From positions 4,384,001 through 4,448,000 of the forward strand of contig OZ251997.1 of NCBI GenBank assembly GCA_965247095.1: a DNA stretch of 64,000 nucleotides, in the 5' to 3' direction. The DNA comes from Candidatus Multivorans sp. GTDB lineage: Bacteria > Acidobacteriota > Thermoanaerobaculia > Multivoradales > Multivoraceae. The notes below the pieces were generated by a model, which ran no database searches, was not told the DNA's origin, and worked only from the letters and a program-made list of their open reading frames with translations. The position numbers were made by a program, and so were the translations under genes. Numbering within the stretch: position 1 is the stretch's first letter; the number at the start of each line of letters is the position of its first letter. Below are positions 31,292 to 41,475 of the stretch, piece after piece.

Positions 31292-32314
31292 ATGAGACAC
31301 GTTGGACTGACGATTCGTGCCGCGCTCGCCGCGGCCACAATGTTTGCGGCGGGTTCGCTGTGGGCGCAGGAGTGGACCACGACGACGGATACCCACCGGT
31401 TCATGGAGGTCCGGAACGGCATCTACCTTACCCAGACCACGGCGCAGGTGTTCAACAGCAACTCGCTCGTGATCGTCAATGATGAGGATGTCGTCATCGT
31501 CGATTCGCACGTCACACCGGCGAAGGCGCGCGACCTGATCGCTTCGATCCCGGCCATTACCGACAAGCCCGTGACGGCGCTGATCAACTCCCACTACCAC
31601 TGGGACCACGCCCACGGCAACCAGGAGTTCGCCGACATCCCGATCATCGGCCACGAGTACACGCGGATGAAGCTGGCGATCGCCGCTCACGAGGAGCCGA
31701 CCTACCTGAGTGGGCTGGCCGGGAACGCGGCGAGGCTGGCGCAGCTCGCGGAGCAGATCGAGGCGGCCGAGGACGACGAGGAGCGCGAGGGGCTCGAGAC
31801 CTATCGCGCGATGTTCGCCGCCCACGCCGCGGACTTCGACGAGATCACTCCGCTGCCGCCCGACGTGACGCTGCACGAGCGGATGACCCTGTTCCGGGGC
31901 AGCCGCGAGATCCAGATCATCTTCCTGGGCCGCGCCCATACCGGTGGCGACGTGGCGGTCTACTTCCCGCAGGACCGTCTCGTCTTCACGGGCGACATGC
32001 TGTTCGGTGGGCCGTCGTTCCTCGGCGACGGCTACGTCGACGAGTGGCCCGAGACGCTGCAGAATCTGAAGGCGCTGGACTTCGACATCGCCGTTCCCGG
32101 GCATGGCGAGCCGCTCACCGATCTGAGTTCGATCGAGAAGTCGCAGGAGTACTACCGCGTTCTGTGGGAGCGAACGGCGGAGAAGCATGCGGCGGGGGTT
32201 TCTGCCGAGGAGGTGCCTGGGACGATCGACCTCTCCGATACCGCGTTTCCAGACCGCAAGCCTTCTCTGGTCGAGGTACATCGGATGTACCACCGCCTCG
32301 AGAACCCCGACTGA
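31292..32314 (+). CDS. Secreted MBL-fold metallo-hydrolase (cyclase-like)
   Basis: GGAGG RBS, signal peptide, and SHYHWDH, AHTGGD, TGD and PGHG motifs. Confidence 0.9.
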   Translation: MRHVGLTIRAALAAATMFAAGSLWAQEWTTTTDTHRFMEVRNGIYLTQTTAQVFNSNSLVIVNDEDVVIVDSHVTPAKARDLIASIPAITDKPVTALINSHYHWDHAHGNQEFADIPIIGHEYTRMKLAIAAHEEPTYLSGLAGNAARLAQLAEQIEAAEDDEEREGLETYRAMFAAHAADFDEITPLPPDVTLHERMTLFRGSREIQIIFLGRAHTGGDVAVYFPQDRLVFTGDMLFGGPSFLGDGYVDEWPETLQNLKALDFDIAVPGHGEPLTDLSSIEKSQEYYRVLWERTAEKHAAGVSAEEVPGTIDLSDTAFPDRKPSLVEVHRMYHRLENPD

Positions 32315-32317
32315 GCG

Positions 32318-32419
32318 CCCCTGGGCACCCGGGTGGCGCGATCCGCGCCACCCGCGAACCACTCCGTGCGCCCGTCATCGGACCCACGGATGGCACGCGG
32401 GCGTCTCGCCCGCATCCGG
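32318..32419 (+). repeat. Composite REP-like element: family B double hairpin (32318-32391) fused to a family A copy (32392-32419)
   Basis: CCCCTGGGCACC-CGGGTGGCGCG ATC CGCGCCACCCG-CGAACCAC-TCCGTGCGCCCG TCAT CGG..., then GGCACGCGGGCGTCTCGCCCGCATCCGG. Confidence 0.85.
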
Positions 32420-32479
32420 CGCGGAGCGCCGGCTCGCGGTAGACGCCAACCGCGCGACTGTGCGAACCTCCATAGTCCG

Positions 32480-33562
32480 ATGAAGCGGATCGGCATCAGC
32501 ACCGGCGGCGGCGACGCGCCCGGACTCAACGCCGTGATCCGGGCCGTGACCCTGGCCTCCATTCGCCGCGGCTGGGAGGTCGTCGGCCTTCTGCGCGGTT
32601 ACGGTGCCTTCTTCGACCCCAGCCAGATCCGCATCCTCGATCGCGACGCGGTGCGCGGCACGACCCATCTCGGCGGCACGATCCTGGGCACGCGTAGCGG
32701 CGGAAACCCGTTCGAGCGGCGGGTCGAGCAGGACGACGGCGCCGTCGTCGTGGAGGACGTAACCGAGGAGGCCGTGGCGGGCTTCCATCGTCTTGACCTC
32801 GACGCCCTGGTGGCAGTCGGGGGCGATGGTTCCATGCGGCTCGCGCTCAAGTTGCACGGGCTCGGCGTGCCGGTGGTCGGCGTGCCGAAGACGATCGACA
32901 ACGACCTCGCAGGCACCAACGTCACGTTCGGCTTCCACACCGCCGTCGACGTGGCGACGGCGGCGATCGAACGTCTGCACTCGACCGCAGAAGCCCACGA
33001 CCGCATCTTCGTGGTCGAGCTGATGGGCCGTTACGCCGGTTGGATCGCCCTGTTCGCGGGCGTCGCGGCGACGGCCCAGGTCATCCTGATCCCCGAGATC
33101 CTGTACGACATGGACCACGTCTGCGATCACCTGATGGCGCGTGAGGGACGCGGCCGGCACTCGGCGGTGGTCGTGGCGGCCGAAGGCGCCCGACCGGTAG
33201 GCGGCGACTTCACGTGGTCGAAGGGCGTCGGAGGCGGCCCGGCCGAGCGCCTGGGCGGCGTCGCCGAGCGGGTAGCAGCCGAGATCCACGAACGGACCGG
33301 CAAGGAGACGCGGACCGTGACCCTGGGCCACCTCCAGCGTGGCGGCCAACCGATTCCCTACGACCGCCTGATCGCGTTGCGCTTCGGCGCCGCCGCCGTC
33401 CGTCAGATCGAAGCGGGGAAGTTCGGCGTCATGGTCGCCCTCTACCCGCCCACGGTGCGCGCCGTGCCCCTCGAACGCGCCGTGGGCCGCATGAAGAGCG
33501 TCCCGCTCGAAGCCGACGTCGTCGCCACCGCCCGCGACCTCGGCATCTGCCTCGGCGAGTAG
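32480..33562 (+). CDS. pfkA: 6-phosphofructokinase (PfkA family, GGDG type)
   Basis: TGGGDAPGLN, GGTILG, GGDGS, PKTIDND, MGRYAG and LGHLQRGG motifs. Confidence 0.95.
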   Translation: MKRIGISTGGGDAPGLNAVIRAVTLASIRRGWEVVGLLRGYGAFFDPSQIRILDRDAVRGTTHLGGTILGTRSGGNPFERRVEQDDGAVVVEDVTEEAVAGFHRLDLDALVAVGGDGSMRLALKLHGLGVPVVGVPKTIDNDLAGTNVTFGFHTAVDVATAAIERLHSTAEAHDRIFVVELMGRYAGWIALFAGVAATAQVILIPEILYDMDHVCDHLMAREGRGRHSAVVVAAEGARPVGGDFTWSKGVGGGPAERLGGVAERVAAEIHERTGKETRTVTLGHLQRGGQPIPYDRLIALRFGAAAVRQIEAGKFGVMVALYPPTVRAVPLERAVGRMKSVPLEADVVATARDLGICLGE

Positions 33563-33630
33563 CCCCTGGGAACCCGGGTGGCGCGGTCCGCGCCACCCTC
33601 GAACCACTCCTCGCGCCCGTCATCGGGCAC
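33563..33630 (+). repeat. REP-like family B double hairpin
   Basis: CCCCTGGGAACCCGGGTGGCGCGGTCCGCGCCACCCTCGAACCAC...CGCCCGTCATCGGG, directly after the pfkA stop. Confidence 0.85.
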
Positions 33631-33703
33631 GCGCACCGGCGTCGCGTAGACTGCGTCCCTTCGGGCCAGCCGCGGATGCCGGTGAGGACGGGCGCCGGAG
33701 GAT

Positions 33704-35200
33704 GTGGTGGCGAAGAAGAGCGGACTGAACACTGCGACCCTGGTCTTGCTGGGGGCTCGACGCCTCGCGGAGCTGCTCATCGACGCGACGTCCCACGACG
33801 CGGCTGCCCAGCGGGTCCTCAGGCTGGAAATCGCCGCGGCGGAGAGTCCGAAGGCGGCGGCCATCGAGATACGCAAGCGGTTGACTGCGCTAGCGCACTC
33901 CAGGACGTTCGTCCGCCGCTCGCGCGCTGGCCGGTTGGCCCGGGAGCTGGACACGCAACGGGAAGCGATCGAGACGTTTGTGGCCGGGTGCGACCCAAAG
34001 CTGGCTGTGGACGTGCTCTGGCGGTTCATGAGCGTGGCGGATCGGGTCCTTCAACGGTGCGACGACAGCGATGGCCTCATCGGCGATGTGTTCCGGCGTG
34101 CCCGGGCGGACCTCGGACGTGCCACGGAGGCGGCCCGACCCGACCCGGTGAAGCTCTCCGGAAAGGTCTTCGAGGCACTGTTGAGCAACACCCTGGGTCA
34201 GTACGACGGCCTGATCGGCGAGCTGGCGTCCGCACTGGGCGAGACGGGCCTGGACCACTTGCGGCGGAAGGTGCTCGCATTCCGGGACAGCAGGGGTGGC
34301 GCCGCGTCCGACGCTGCGCCGAGCAACGTCGTTGCCGGCCCTTGGGCCGCAGGCGACGCGGACAACGGCGGAAGGCGCGATGTCTCGTATCTGCTGAAGT
34401 ACACCGTCCCTCAGGCTCTAACGGAAATCGCCGACGCGCAGGGAGACGTGGACGCCTTCGTGGCCCAGTTCGACCAGCAACGGCGGACGATCCCGGTCTT
34501 CGCGGCTGAGATCGCGCAGCGGCTCCTCGCTGCAAATCGGGCGGAGGAGGCGCTGGAGATTCTCCAGGAGGCCGATCATGCAACGGACAGCGGCCCACAC
34601 CTCAGGAGGGAATGGAGCGATGCCAGAATCGCCGTTCTGGATGCGCTCGGTCGGAGCGCCGAGGCCCAGGCCAATCGGTGGATGGACTTCGAGAGCAGAC
34701 TCGACTCGGAGCGCCTGAGCGCATACCTGAAACGATTGCCGGCTTCCGAGAAGGAGGCGGCAACGGAAACCGCCCTGGCCTGCGCCGCCGACTACCACGA
34801 CGTGCACGAGGCGCTCGCCTTTCTGCTCGCTTGGCCCGATCTGCCAGGCGCCGCCGCTCTCATCGTGCGAAGAGCGAGGGAACTGAATGGCGGTCTCTAC
34901 GGCACCTTGAATGCTGCGGTCTCCTCACTGACCTCTGACCATCCCCTCGCGGCGACCCTGGCGCTGCGGGCGCTGATGGACTTCACCCTGGGCAACGCGC
35001 GTTCCACCCGCTACGGGCACGCGGCGAGGCAACTTCTGGAATGCACCGGGCTGGCGCAGAGGATCAGCGACTACCGCGGCTTCCACTCCCACGACGAGTA
35101 CTTGGCGAATCTGCTGGAGACGCATGACAGGAAGACGAAGTTCTGGGGACTGGTGGGGGACTTGGTCGGCGACGGCACGGATGTCTCCCGCTCCCGATAG
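33704..35200 (+). CDS. DUF6880-like hypothetical helical protein
   Basis: N-terminal KSGLNTATLVLLGARRLAELL, CDDSDG.IG.VF and C-terminal RY.HAA..L...H.RK..FW resemble DUF6880 (recalled, not searched). Confidence 0.65.
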   Translation: MVAKKSGLNTATLVLLGARRLAELLIDATSHDAAAQRVLRLEIAAAESPKAAAIEIRKRLTALAHSRTFVRRSRAGRLARELDTQREAIETFVAGCDPKLAVDVLWRFMSVADRVLQRCDDSDGLIGDVFRRARADLGRATEAARPDPVKLSGKVFEALLSNTLGQYDGLIGELASALGETGLDHLRRKVLAFRDSRGGAASDAAPSNVVAGPWAAGDADNGGRRDVSYLLKYTVPQALTEIADAQGDVDAFVAQFDQQRRTIPVFAAEIAQRLLAANRAEEALEILQEADHATDSGPHLRREWSDARIAVLDALGRSAEAQANRWMDFESRLDSERLSAYLKRLPASEKEAATETALACAADYHDVHEALAFLLAWPDLPGAAALIVRRARELNGGLYGTLNAAVSSLTSDHPLAATLALRALMDFTLGNARSTRYGHAARQLLECTGLAQRISDYRGFHSHDEYLANLLETHDRKTKFWGLVGDLVGDGTDVSRSR

Positions 35201-35271
35201 CGCCGGGCCTGCGGCGGTTGACCGTTACGTCCTTCGGGATCGATGGGCCGGAGCAGCCACGTGCCTCCGGA

Positions 35272-35305
35272 CTTCGGGTGCGGGCATCGTTGCCCGCATC
35301 CGAAG
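35272..35305. repeat. Degenerate family A hairpin with an extended stem
   Basis: CTTCGGGTGCGGGCA-TCGT-TGCCCGCATCCGAAG. Confidence 0.6.
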
Positions 35306-35390
35306 CCAATCGTCGGCCTCGGGTAGTGGTCCTGTCGATGGCGAGTCACGAGGCCCGTGCCGCTGTGGGATTTTGCTAGCCTAGACCGTC

Positions 35391-35621
35391 ATGGCCACGG
35401 CAACGTTCGACACCTTGGCAACGGCCCGCAAGTTGGCGGAGTCCGGTTTGGAAGCCGCTCAGGCGGAGGCTGTCACCGAAGCGATCCGGGCCGCGGTAAC
35501 GGTAGGCGTGGCGACAAAATCGGACTTGGAGACGCTTCGCGCCGATTTGACTTGGCGCATGGTCCTCGTCGTAGGCGCCCTGCTCGCGTTGGCGACGGCG
35601 GTCGACCGTCTGCTTGGCTGA
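35391..35621 (+). CDS. Small DUF1640/CCDC90-like coiled-coil membrane protein
   Basis: FDTLATARKLAESG...QAEAV...ATKSDL, plus a C-terminal hydrophobic helix. Confidence 0.7.
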   Translation: MATATFDTLATARKLAESGLEAAQAEAVTEAIRAAVTVGVATKSDLETLRADLTWRMVLVVGALLALATAVDRLLG

Positions 35622-35639
35622 CCAGGGTGAAGAACCGCG

Positions 35640-35864
35640 ATGGCGGACCAGATCAGGGGCTCCGTCGATTCAGACGTCGCCGAACTCTGCCGAGCCTCTT
35701 CCGCTGGTGAGCGTCGCAAACTCGACCTGCTTGTCAGCCTGCGTCTTCGCGACGTTGCCGAATCCGGGAGATCGTTGGAGGACGTCGTGCGGAAGGTCAG
35801 CCGCAACGCCCAGCGCCGGGGTCTGACCGAGGAGATTCTGCAGTCGTTACTGGCTGAAGAGTGA
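35640..35864 (+). CDS. Small putative antitoxin
   Basis: 74 aa ending SRNAQRRGLTEEILQSLL. Its stop overlaps (GTGA) the start of a PIN-type toxin remnant. Confidence 0.65.
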   Translation: MADQIRGSVDSDVAELCRASSAGERRKLDLLVSLRLRDVAESGRSLEDVVRKVSRNAQRRGLTEEILQSLLAEE

Positions 35865-36007
35865 CGCGAGTCGTCTTCGACACGAGCGTCATCGTCAGCG
35901 CGGCGCTGTTTCACCGATCCGTGCCGGGGCGCGCGTTTCTGTGGGCCCTGCGTCATGGCACGGTTTGGTTTCTTTTGGCTAGGGGATTGGGCGCGGGGTT
36001 GAGGTGA
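35861..36007 (+). pseudogene. Truncated PIN-domain toxin
   Basis: Reads VTRVVFDTSVIVSAALFHRSVPGRAF..., a PIN_3-type N-terminus, but stops after 48 codons. Confidence 0.7.
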
Positions 36008-36032
36008 TGCGAGGCCTTCCCAGTGGGCCCCG

Positions 36033-37436
36033 CTACGACAACGCCTCCACAACCTTCATCAACGTGTCCTTCGCGTCCCCGAAGGTCAGCACGGTGTTCG
36101 GGGCGAAGAACAGCTCGTTCTCGATGCCGGCGAACCCCGGTCGCATGGACCGCTTGAGCACGATGCAGGAACGGGCGAGGTCGGCGTTCAAGACCGGCAT
36201 GCCGTAGATGGAGCTCGACGGGTTGTGCTTCGCCGCCGGGTTGACGACGTCGTTGGCGCCGACGACGAGGGCGACGTCGGTGTTCTTGAAGTCGTCGTTG
36301 ATCTCCTCGAGTTCGCAGAGCGACGTGTAGGGGATCTTCGCTTCGGCCAGCAGCACGTTCATGTGGCCGGGCATGCGGCCCGCGACCGGGTGGATCGCGT
36401 AGCGGACCTGGGTGCCGTTCGCCTCCAGGATCTCGGCCAGTTCGCTGACGACGTGCTGGGCCTGGGCAACCGCCATGCCGTAGCCGGGGCAGACGATGAC
36501 GGAATTGGCGCCGGACAGGAGCATCGCGGCGTCGCCGACCGAGGCCTCCTGGACCCGGTCGCCTCCGGCCGCGGCCTTTGCGGCGTCCCCCTCGTCGACC
36601 TTGCCGAAGGCGCCGAACAGGACGTTTCGGAAGGACCGGTTCATCGCCTTGCTCATGACCACCGACAAGATGAAGCCTGAGGCGCCGTCCAGCGCCCCGG
36701 CGATGATCAGGACGTTGTTGTCGAGCGCGAAGCCGGTCGCCGCTGCGGCCAGACCGGCGTAGGAGTTCAGCAGGGTAATGACGACCGGCATGTCGGCGCC
36801 GCCGATGGGCGCCACGAACAGGATGCCCAGGAGCAGGGGCATCGCCGCCATGGCGTAGAACAGGACCTGGTTCGAGGGGTCGATCGTGACCAGCACCAGG
36901 AGCAGGAAGGTGCCGCCGAACATCAGGATGTTGCTTACGTTCTGCAGCGGCCAGGTGATGCTACGGCCGGGAATCAGGCCGGAGAGCTTGCCGAAGGCCA
37001 TGAGTGAGCCGGTGAAGGTGAGGCCGCCGAACAGCACCTCGAAGCCGATCGCCCCCATCGTCGTGGGGTCGATGTGCTCGCTGTGGCGGTAGTACTCGGA
37101 GACGCCGACCAGGGCGGCGGCGAGACCGCCGAAGGCGTGGGAGAGGGCAATCCGCTCGGGCATCCGGGTCATCGGGATGAGCGCCGAGATGGCGATGCCG
37201 ACCGCGCTGCCGATGAAGACGGTGAGCAGGATCCACTTGTAGGTCTGGAAGAAGCCGACGAGCTCGTAGCGCGCGCCGATGTCCGGGTGCAGCAGGGTGC
37301 CCCAGACAGCGAAGACCATGCCGAGTTCGGCGAGGATCAGGCCCCGGCGGGCGGTATGTGCGGCGGTCAAACCGCGCAGCCCGAGGATGAACAGGAACGA
37401 CGCGATGAGGTAGAGCGTCTCGACCTGGTTGATCAC
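36033..37436 (-). CDS. pntB: NAD(P) transhydrogenase subunit beta
   Basis: GGADMPVVI.LLNSY, PGYGMAVAQAQH, HPVAGRMPGHMNVLLAEA and GANDVVNPAA motifs. Confidence 0.97.
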   Translation of the reverse strand: MINQVETLYLIASFLFILGLRGLTAAHTARRGLILAELGMVFAVWGTLLHPDIGARYELVGFFQTYKWILLTVFIGSAVGIAISALIPMTRMPERIALSHAFGGLAAALVGVSEYYRHSEHIDPTTMGAIGFEVLFGGLTFTGSLMAFGKLSGLIPGRSITWPLQNVSNILMFGGTFLLLVLVTIDPSNQVLFYAMAAMPLLLGILFVAPIGGADMPVVITLLNSYAGLAAAATGFALDNNVLIIAGALDGASGFILSVVMSKAMNRSFRNVLFGAFGKVDEGDAAKAAAGGDRVQEASVGDAAMLLSGANSVIVCPGYGMAVAQAQHVVSELAEILEANGTQVRYAIHPVAGRMPGHMNVLLAEAKIPYTSLCELEEINDDFKNTDVALVVGANDVVNPAAKHNPSSSIYGMPVLNADLARSCIVLKRSMRPGFAGIENELFFAPNTVLTFGDAKDTLMKVVEALS

Positions 37437-37747
37437 GACTTGGCGTCTCCCGCCGGTTCAGCCTTCGGGTCCTGCCTCTTGAACATCCGCAGCATGCGGT
37501 CCGTGATCCAGAAGCCGCCGACGACGTTGATCGTCGCGCAGAGCACGGCGACCGCGCCGAGCACGGTGCTCACGTCGTTGTAGTGAGCGCCGGCGGCAAC
37601 CAGCGAGCCGACCAGGGAGATGCCGGAGATGGCGTTGGTGAATGCCATCAGCGGGGTGTGGAGCAGGGCCGGTACACCCTTGATCACGCCGTAGCCGACG
37701 AAGGCCGCGAGCATGAAGATGTACAGCCCAAGGAAGATCTCGAGCAT
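37433..37747 (-). CDS. pntAB: NAD(P) transhydrogenase subunit alpha, part 2
   Basis: LHTPLMAFTNAISG and NVVGGF..TDRML.MF motifs. Confidence 0.95.
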   Translation of the reverse strand: MLEIFLGLYIFMLAAFVGYGVIKGVPALLHTPLMAFTNAISGISLVGSLVAAGAHYNDVSTVLGAVAVLCATINVVGGFWITDRMLRMFKRQDPKAEPAGDAKS

Positions 37748-37789
37748 TAGTGTGCTCCTCCTTGCGCGGGTTCAGGCTGGCCGGTGGGC

Positions 37790-38917
37790 TCAGGCCAGCG
37801 CTTCAGCGACCTGTGTGTCGACGATCTCGCCGCCGTGGGTGACGACGCAACCCTTGACGATCTCGTTGTCGAAGTCGAAGCTCAGCTCGCCGTCGGTCAG
37901 CAGATAGAGCACCAGCTTCTCGGCGTTGCGCGAGAACATGCGGCTGGCGTCGGCGGCCAGATCACTGGCCAGATTGAGCGGTCCGAGCACGGTGACGCCG
38001 TTGACCTTGACTTCCTCGCCCGGCCGCGTCAGCTCGCAGTTGCCGCCCTGTTCGGCGGCCAGGTCGACGACGAGCGAACCGTTCGGCATCCCCGCGACCA
38101 TCTCGGCCGTGATCAGGCGCGGCGCCGGCCGGCCGGGAATGAGCGCCGTCGTGATGCAGGCGTCGGTCGAGCGCAGACGCTCAGCGATCACCTCGTTCGC
38201 CCGGCGCTGGCTCTCCTCGGGGACCTCGCGGGCGTAGCCGCCCTCGGTCTCGGCGTCCTCGATCGCCGGGACCTCGACGAAGCTGGCGCCCAGGCTTTCG
38301 ACCTGCTCCTTGACCACGGCGCGCACGTCGTAGGCCTCGACCACGGCGCCCAGCCGGTGGGCGGTGGCGATCGCCTGCAGTCCGGCCACGCCGGCGCCGA
38401 GGACGAGAACGCGGGCCGGGTTGATGCGCCCCGCGGCCGTCATCAGCAGCGGGAAGAACTGGGGCAGGCGATAGGCCGCGAGCACGGCGGCGCGGTAGCC
38501 GGCGACGGTGCTCTGGGAACTCAGGACGTCCATCGATTGCGCCAGGGTGACACGGGGAATCCGGTCGAGCGCGATGGCGGTGAGCCGGGCAGAGCACAGC
38601 TGCCGCACGAGCGGTCCGGCGGAGAGGGGAAAGAGCAGGCCGACGACCGCCGCGCCCGCCTTGGACGCTTCGATCTCGGCAGCGCCGGGCGCCTGGACGC
38701 GGACGACGAGGTCGGCGGCGCCCAGGACCTCGCCGGCCGTCGCCGCGATCTCGGCGCCGGCTTCGCGGTAGGCGTCGTCGTCGAATCCGGCCTCAGCGCC
38801 GGCGCCTGCTTCGACCAGGAAGTCGACACCCTTGGCGTGAATTCGGGCGACGCTCTCGGGGACCAGGGCGACCCGGCGCTCTCCCGGATGCGTTTCGCGT
38901 ACGACTCCGGCTTTCAT
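37790..38917 (-). CDS. pntAA: NAD(P) transhydrogenase subunit alpha, part 1
   Basis: ERRVALVP, AQSMDVLSSQ, GAGVAGLQA and DLAAEQGGNC motifs. Confidence 0.96.
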   Translation of the reverse strand: MKAGVVRETHPGERRVALVPESVARIHAKGVDFLVEAGAGAEAGFDDDAYREAGAEIAATAGEVLGAADLVVRVQAPGAAEIEASKAGAAVVGLLFPLSAGPLVRQLCSARLTAIALDRIPRVTLAQSMDVLSSQSTVAGYRAAVLAAYRLPQFFPLLMTAAGRINPARVLVLGAGVAGLQAIATAHRLGAVVEAYDVRAVVKEQVESLGASFVEVPAIEDAETEGGYAREVPEESQRRANEVIAERLRSTDACITTALIPGRPAPRLITAEMVAGMPNGSLVVDLAAEQGGNCELTRPGEEVKVNGVTVLGPLNLASDLAADASRMFSRNAEKLVLYLLTDGELSFDFDNEIVKGCVVTHGGEIVDTQVAEALA

Positions 38918-38992
38918 GTTCGCGCGCGAAGGTTATGCCTGCCGGGCGGCGGGAGCAAACGGATGCGGAGTTCCGGCGCTCGGACTGAGGCG

Positions 38993-40267
38993 TCAGGAGA
39001 CCTGGAAGCCGGCGCTCTGGACGGCTGTCTTGAGAGCGCTCAGAGGTGCTATGCCCCAGACGGTAGCGCTGCCGCGGTTGAGGTCGACGTGGGCCATCTC
39101 CACGCCCGGCGCGGCGAGCAGGGCGCTCTCCACCGCTTCCGCGCAGTTTCCGCAGGTCATGCCGCCGACGGCGATCTCGACTGCCGCGCCGGCGTCGCCC
39201 GAGGCTTCCGAGGCCCTCTTCAACCTTCGATCAACGGCCGCCTGCCGCTGCCAGCGCCGGAACTCCTGCAGGCCGAACCAGCCGAACATCAGCACCAGCA
39301 GGATTGCGGACGTGGCGCCCCACCACGGCACTCCGTGCTCGTGGGCGTGCCCAACCTGCAGTGCGGCGCCGCCGACCAGAGTCTCGAACAGCATGGCGAA
39401 GCCGACGCTGCCGACGATGACGGTCGTCAGGTACACCACGGTCACCTGCCGGCCGAACGCCCGGTAGACGGTGCCGACGGTGGCGACGTTGGTGGCCGGG
39501 CCGGCCATCAGAAAGACCAGGGCGGCGCCCAGCGGCAGGCCGTTGGCAACCAGGGCCGCGGCGATCGGCACCGAGGCTGTCGCGCAAACGTAGAGCGGCA
39601 GAGAGATGACGAGCGCGGCGGCCGCCGCGCCGAAGGTGCCGAGCGCCGCCAGATCGAGCCAGGCCTGCTGCGGCAGGAGCACTTCGATCGCGGCGGAGAC
39701 CAGAATCCCGACCGCGACCCAGCGCCAGATGCTGCGCAGGAGCTCGGCGCCGTGGTCGACCATGTCGGCGATCTTCGGAAACACCGTTCCGCCGATAAGG
39801 TGCCCGCTATTCGGCTCGCCGCCGGCCCCTTCGACCGTGGCTTCTTCCTCCGCTATGGAGACGTCGATCTTCATCCGCTCGATCCACCAGCCGCCGGCCA
39901 CTCCGGTCACCGCGGCGGCCGCGACCTTGAAGAGGGCGAATGGCCAGCCGAGGAAGGTCGCGCTGACCAGGATCGAGTCGACGCCGGTCTGCGGCGTGCT
40001 GATCAGAAAGCCCATCGCGGAGCCGTTGCTGGCCCCGGTGCGCTTGAGGCCGATGCCGGCCGGGATCACGCCGCACGAGCAGAGCGGCAGCGGCACGCCC
40101 AGGACCACGGCCTTGATCACGCCGCTGTAGCCGCTGAGCTGGCGCCGGATCAGGTTGCGTGGCAGCAGGACGTGGAGCAGGGCGGCGAGCAGGGCGCCGA
40201 ACAGCAGCCAGGGTGCGAGCTCAGCGAGCACGCTCCAGGTTGCCTGTAGAAAGCCGGTCTCCGTCAT
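38993..40267 (-). CDS. DUF318/SO_0444-type metal permease with a C-terminal HMA domain
   Basis: PLPLCSCGVIP, STPQTG, PLYVCATAS.P, GPATN and C-terminal GMTCGNC. Confidence 0.88.
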   Translation of the reverse strand: MTETGFLQATWSVLAELAPWLLFGALLAALLHVLLPRNLIRRQLSGYSGVIKAVVLGVPLPLCSCGVIPAGIGLKRTGASNGSAMGFLISTPQTGVDSILVSATFLGWPFALFKVAAAAVTGVAGGWWIERMKIDVSIAEEEATVEGAGGEPNSGHLIGGTVFPKIADMVDHGAELLRSIWRWVAVGILVSAAIEVLLPQQAWLDLAALGTFGAAAAALVISLPLYVCATASVPIAAALVANGLPLGAALVFLMAGPATNVATVGTVYRAFGRQVTVVYLTTVIVGSVGFAMLFETLVGGAALQVGHAHEHGVPWWGATSAILLVLMFGWFGLQEFRRWQRQAAVDRRLKRASEASGDAGAAVEIAVGGMTCGNCAEAVESALLAAPGVEMAHVDLNRGSATVWGIAPLSALKTAVQSAGFQVS

Positions 40268-40387
40268 GGCAGAACCACTCTATCGTCGCAGAACGCTCCA
40301 GCGCTCGGGCCGATTCCAACTCTCCGAAGAATAGCGCCCTTGGCTCCAAGGCTGTTTCGCTCGGGAGCTGACTCGGGCGCCGACGAG

Positions 40388-40407
40388 ACTTAGTGTAGAC
40401 TAAACTT
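40388..40407. promoter_or_regulatory. Putative DtxR/MntR/SirR operator
   Basis: AT-rich palindrome TTAGT-GTAG-ACTAA (40390-40403), 25 nt upstream of the DtxR-family gene and in the divergent intergenic region. It resembles the TTAG-N6-CTAA box. Confidence 0.7.
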
Positions 40408-40428
40408 CTGATTCGCGGTAACGAATAC

Positions 40429-41475
40429 ATGAACCCTCTCCTCGCACTCGTCGTTCTCGCTGCGGTCATCGCCCTGGCCGCCCTGGTGGCATGGCCGGAC
40501 CGCGGCTGGCTGTGGCGCTGGCGCTCCGGCGGGCGCGCCCTGCACCGCACGCGCACCGAGGACGCGCTCAAGCACCTGTTCGACTGCGAGTACCAGGGGC
40601 GCCAGGCGACCCACCAGAGCCTGGTCGGCGTACTGCGGCTCGGGGGCCGGCGGAGCACCGAACTCCTCGCCCGCATGGAGCGGCTGGGGCTCATCGTGTC
40701 GGCGGCGGGGGGCTTCCGGCTGACCGCCGAGGGACGCAGCGAGGCGCTGCGTGTGATCCGCATCCACCGGTTGTGGGAGCGCTACCTGGCGGACGAGACG
40801 GGGCTGGAGCCGGAGCGCTGGCACCCGGAAGCCGAGCGCCGGGAGCATGTGACTTCGCCCGAGCAGGCGGAGGAGCTGTCCGTGCGACTCGGTCATCCGC
40901 CGTTCGACCCGCACGGCGACCCGATCCCGACGCGGGAAGGCGACCTGCCGCCGCAAGCCGGCCGGGCGCTGACGGACTTCGCTGTCGGCGAGGTAGTCGA
41001 GGTGGTCCACGTAGAGGATGAGCCCGCCGCGGTCTATGCGCAGTTGGTCGCCGAAGGTGTCCATCCCGGCATGAAGTTGCGCATCTCGTCCGTGGCGCCC
41101 GAGCGCATCCGCTTCGAGGCCGACCTGGACGAGGTCGTGCTGGCGCCGGTCATCGCCGCCAACATCTTCGCCATACCGGCCGCGGAGGCGGCTTCCGACG
41201 AGAGACCGGTATCCGCCGGCGCCACCGGATCGCTGTCGGGCGTGGCCGTCGGCGAGCAGGCGCTGGTGGTCGGCTTCTCGCGCTTCTGCCGTGGAATGGA
41301 GCGTCGCCGACTGCTCGACCTGGGGCTGCTTCCGGGCACCTTGGTGGAAGCGAAGATGGCCAGTCCGTCGGGCGACCCGGTGGCCTACCGGGTGCGCGGC
41401 GCCGTGATCGCCCTGCGTCGCTCGCAGGCGGATCAGATCCAGGTTCAACGACCCCAGCAGGCGGCTTCAGCATGA
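40429..41475 (+). CDS. DtxR/MntR-family metalloregulator with an N-terminal TM helix and two FeoA-like domains
   Basis: [33 protein letters not shown] and [11 protein letters not shown]...[17 protein letters not shown] motifs. Confidence 0.88.
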   Translation: MNPLLALVVLAAVIALAALVAWPDRGWLWRWRSGGRALHRTRTEDALKHLFDCEYQGRQATHQSLVGVLRLGGRRSTELLARMERLGLIVSAAGGFRLTAEGRSEALRVIRIHRLWERYLADETGLEPERWHPEAERREHVTSPEQAEELSVRLGHPPFDPHGDPIPTREGDLPPQAGRALTDFAVGEVVEVVHVEDEPAAVYAQLVAEGVHPGMKLRISSVAPERIRFEADLDEVVLAPVIAANIFAIPAAEAASDERPVSAGATGSLSGVAVGEQALVVGFSRFCRGMERRRLLDLGLLPGTLVEAKMASPSGDPVAYRVRGAVIALRRSQADQIQVQRPQQAASA

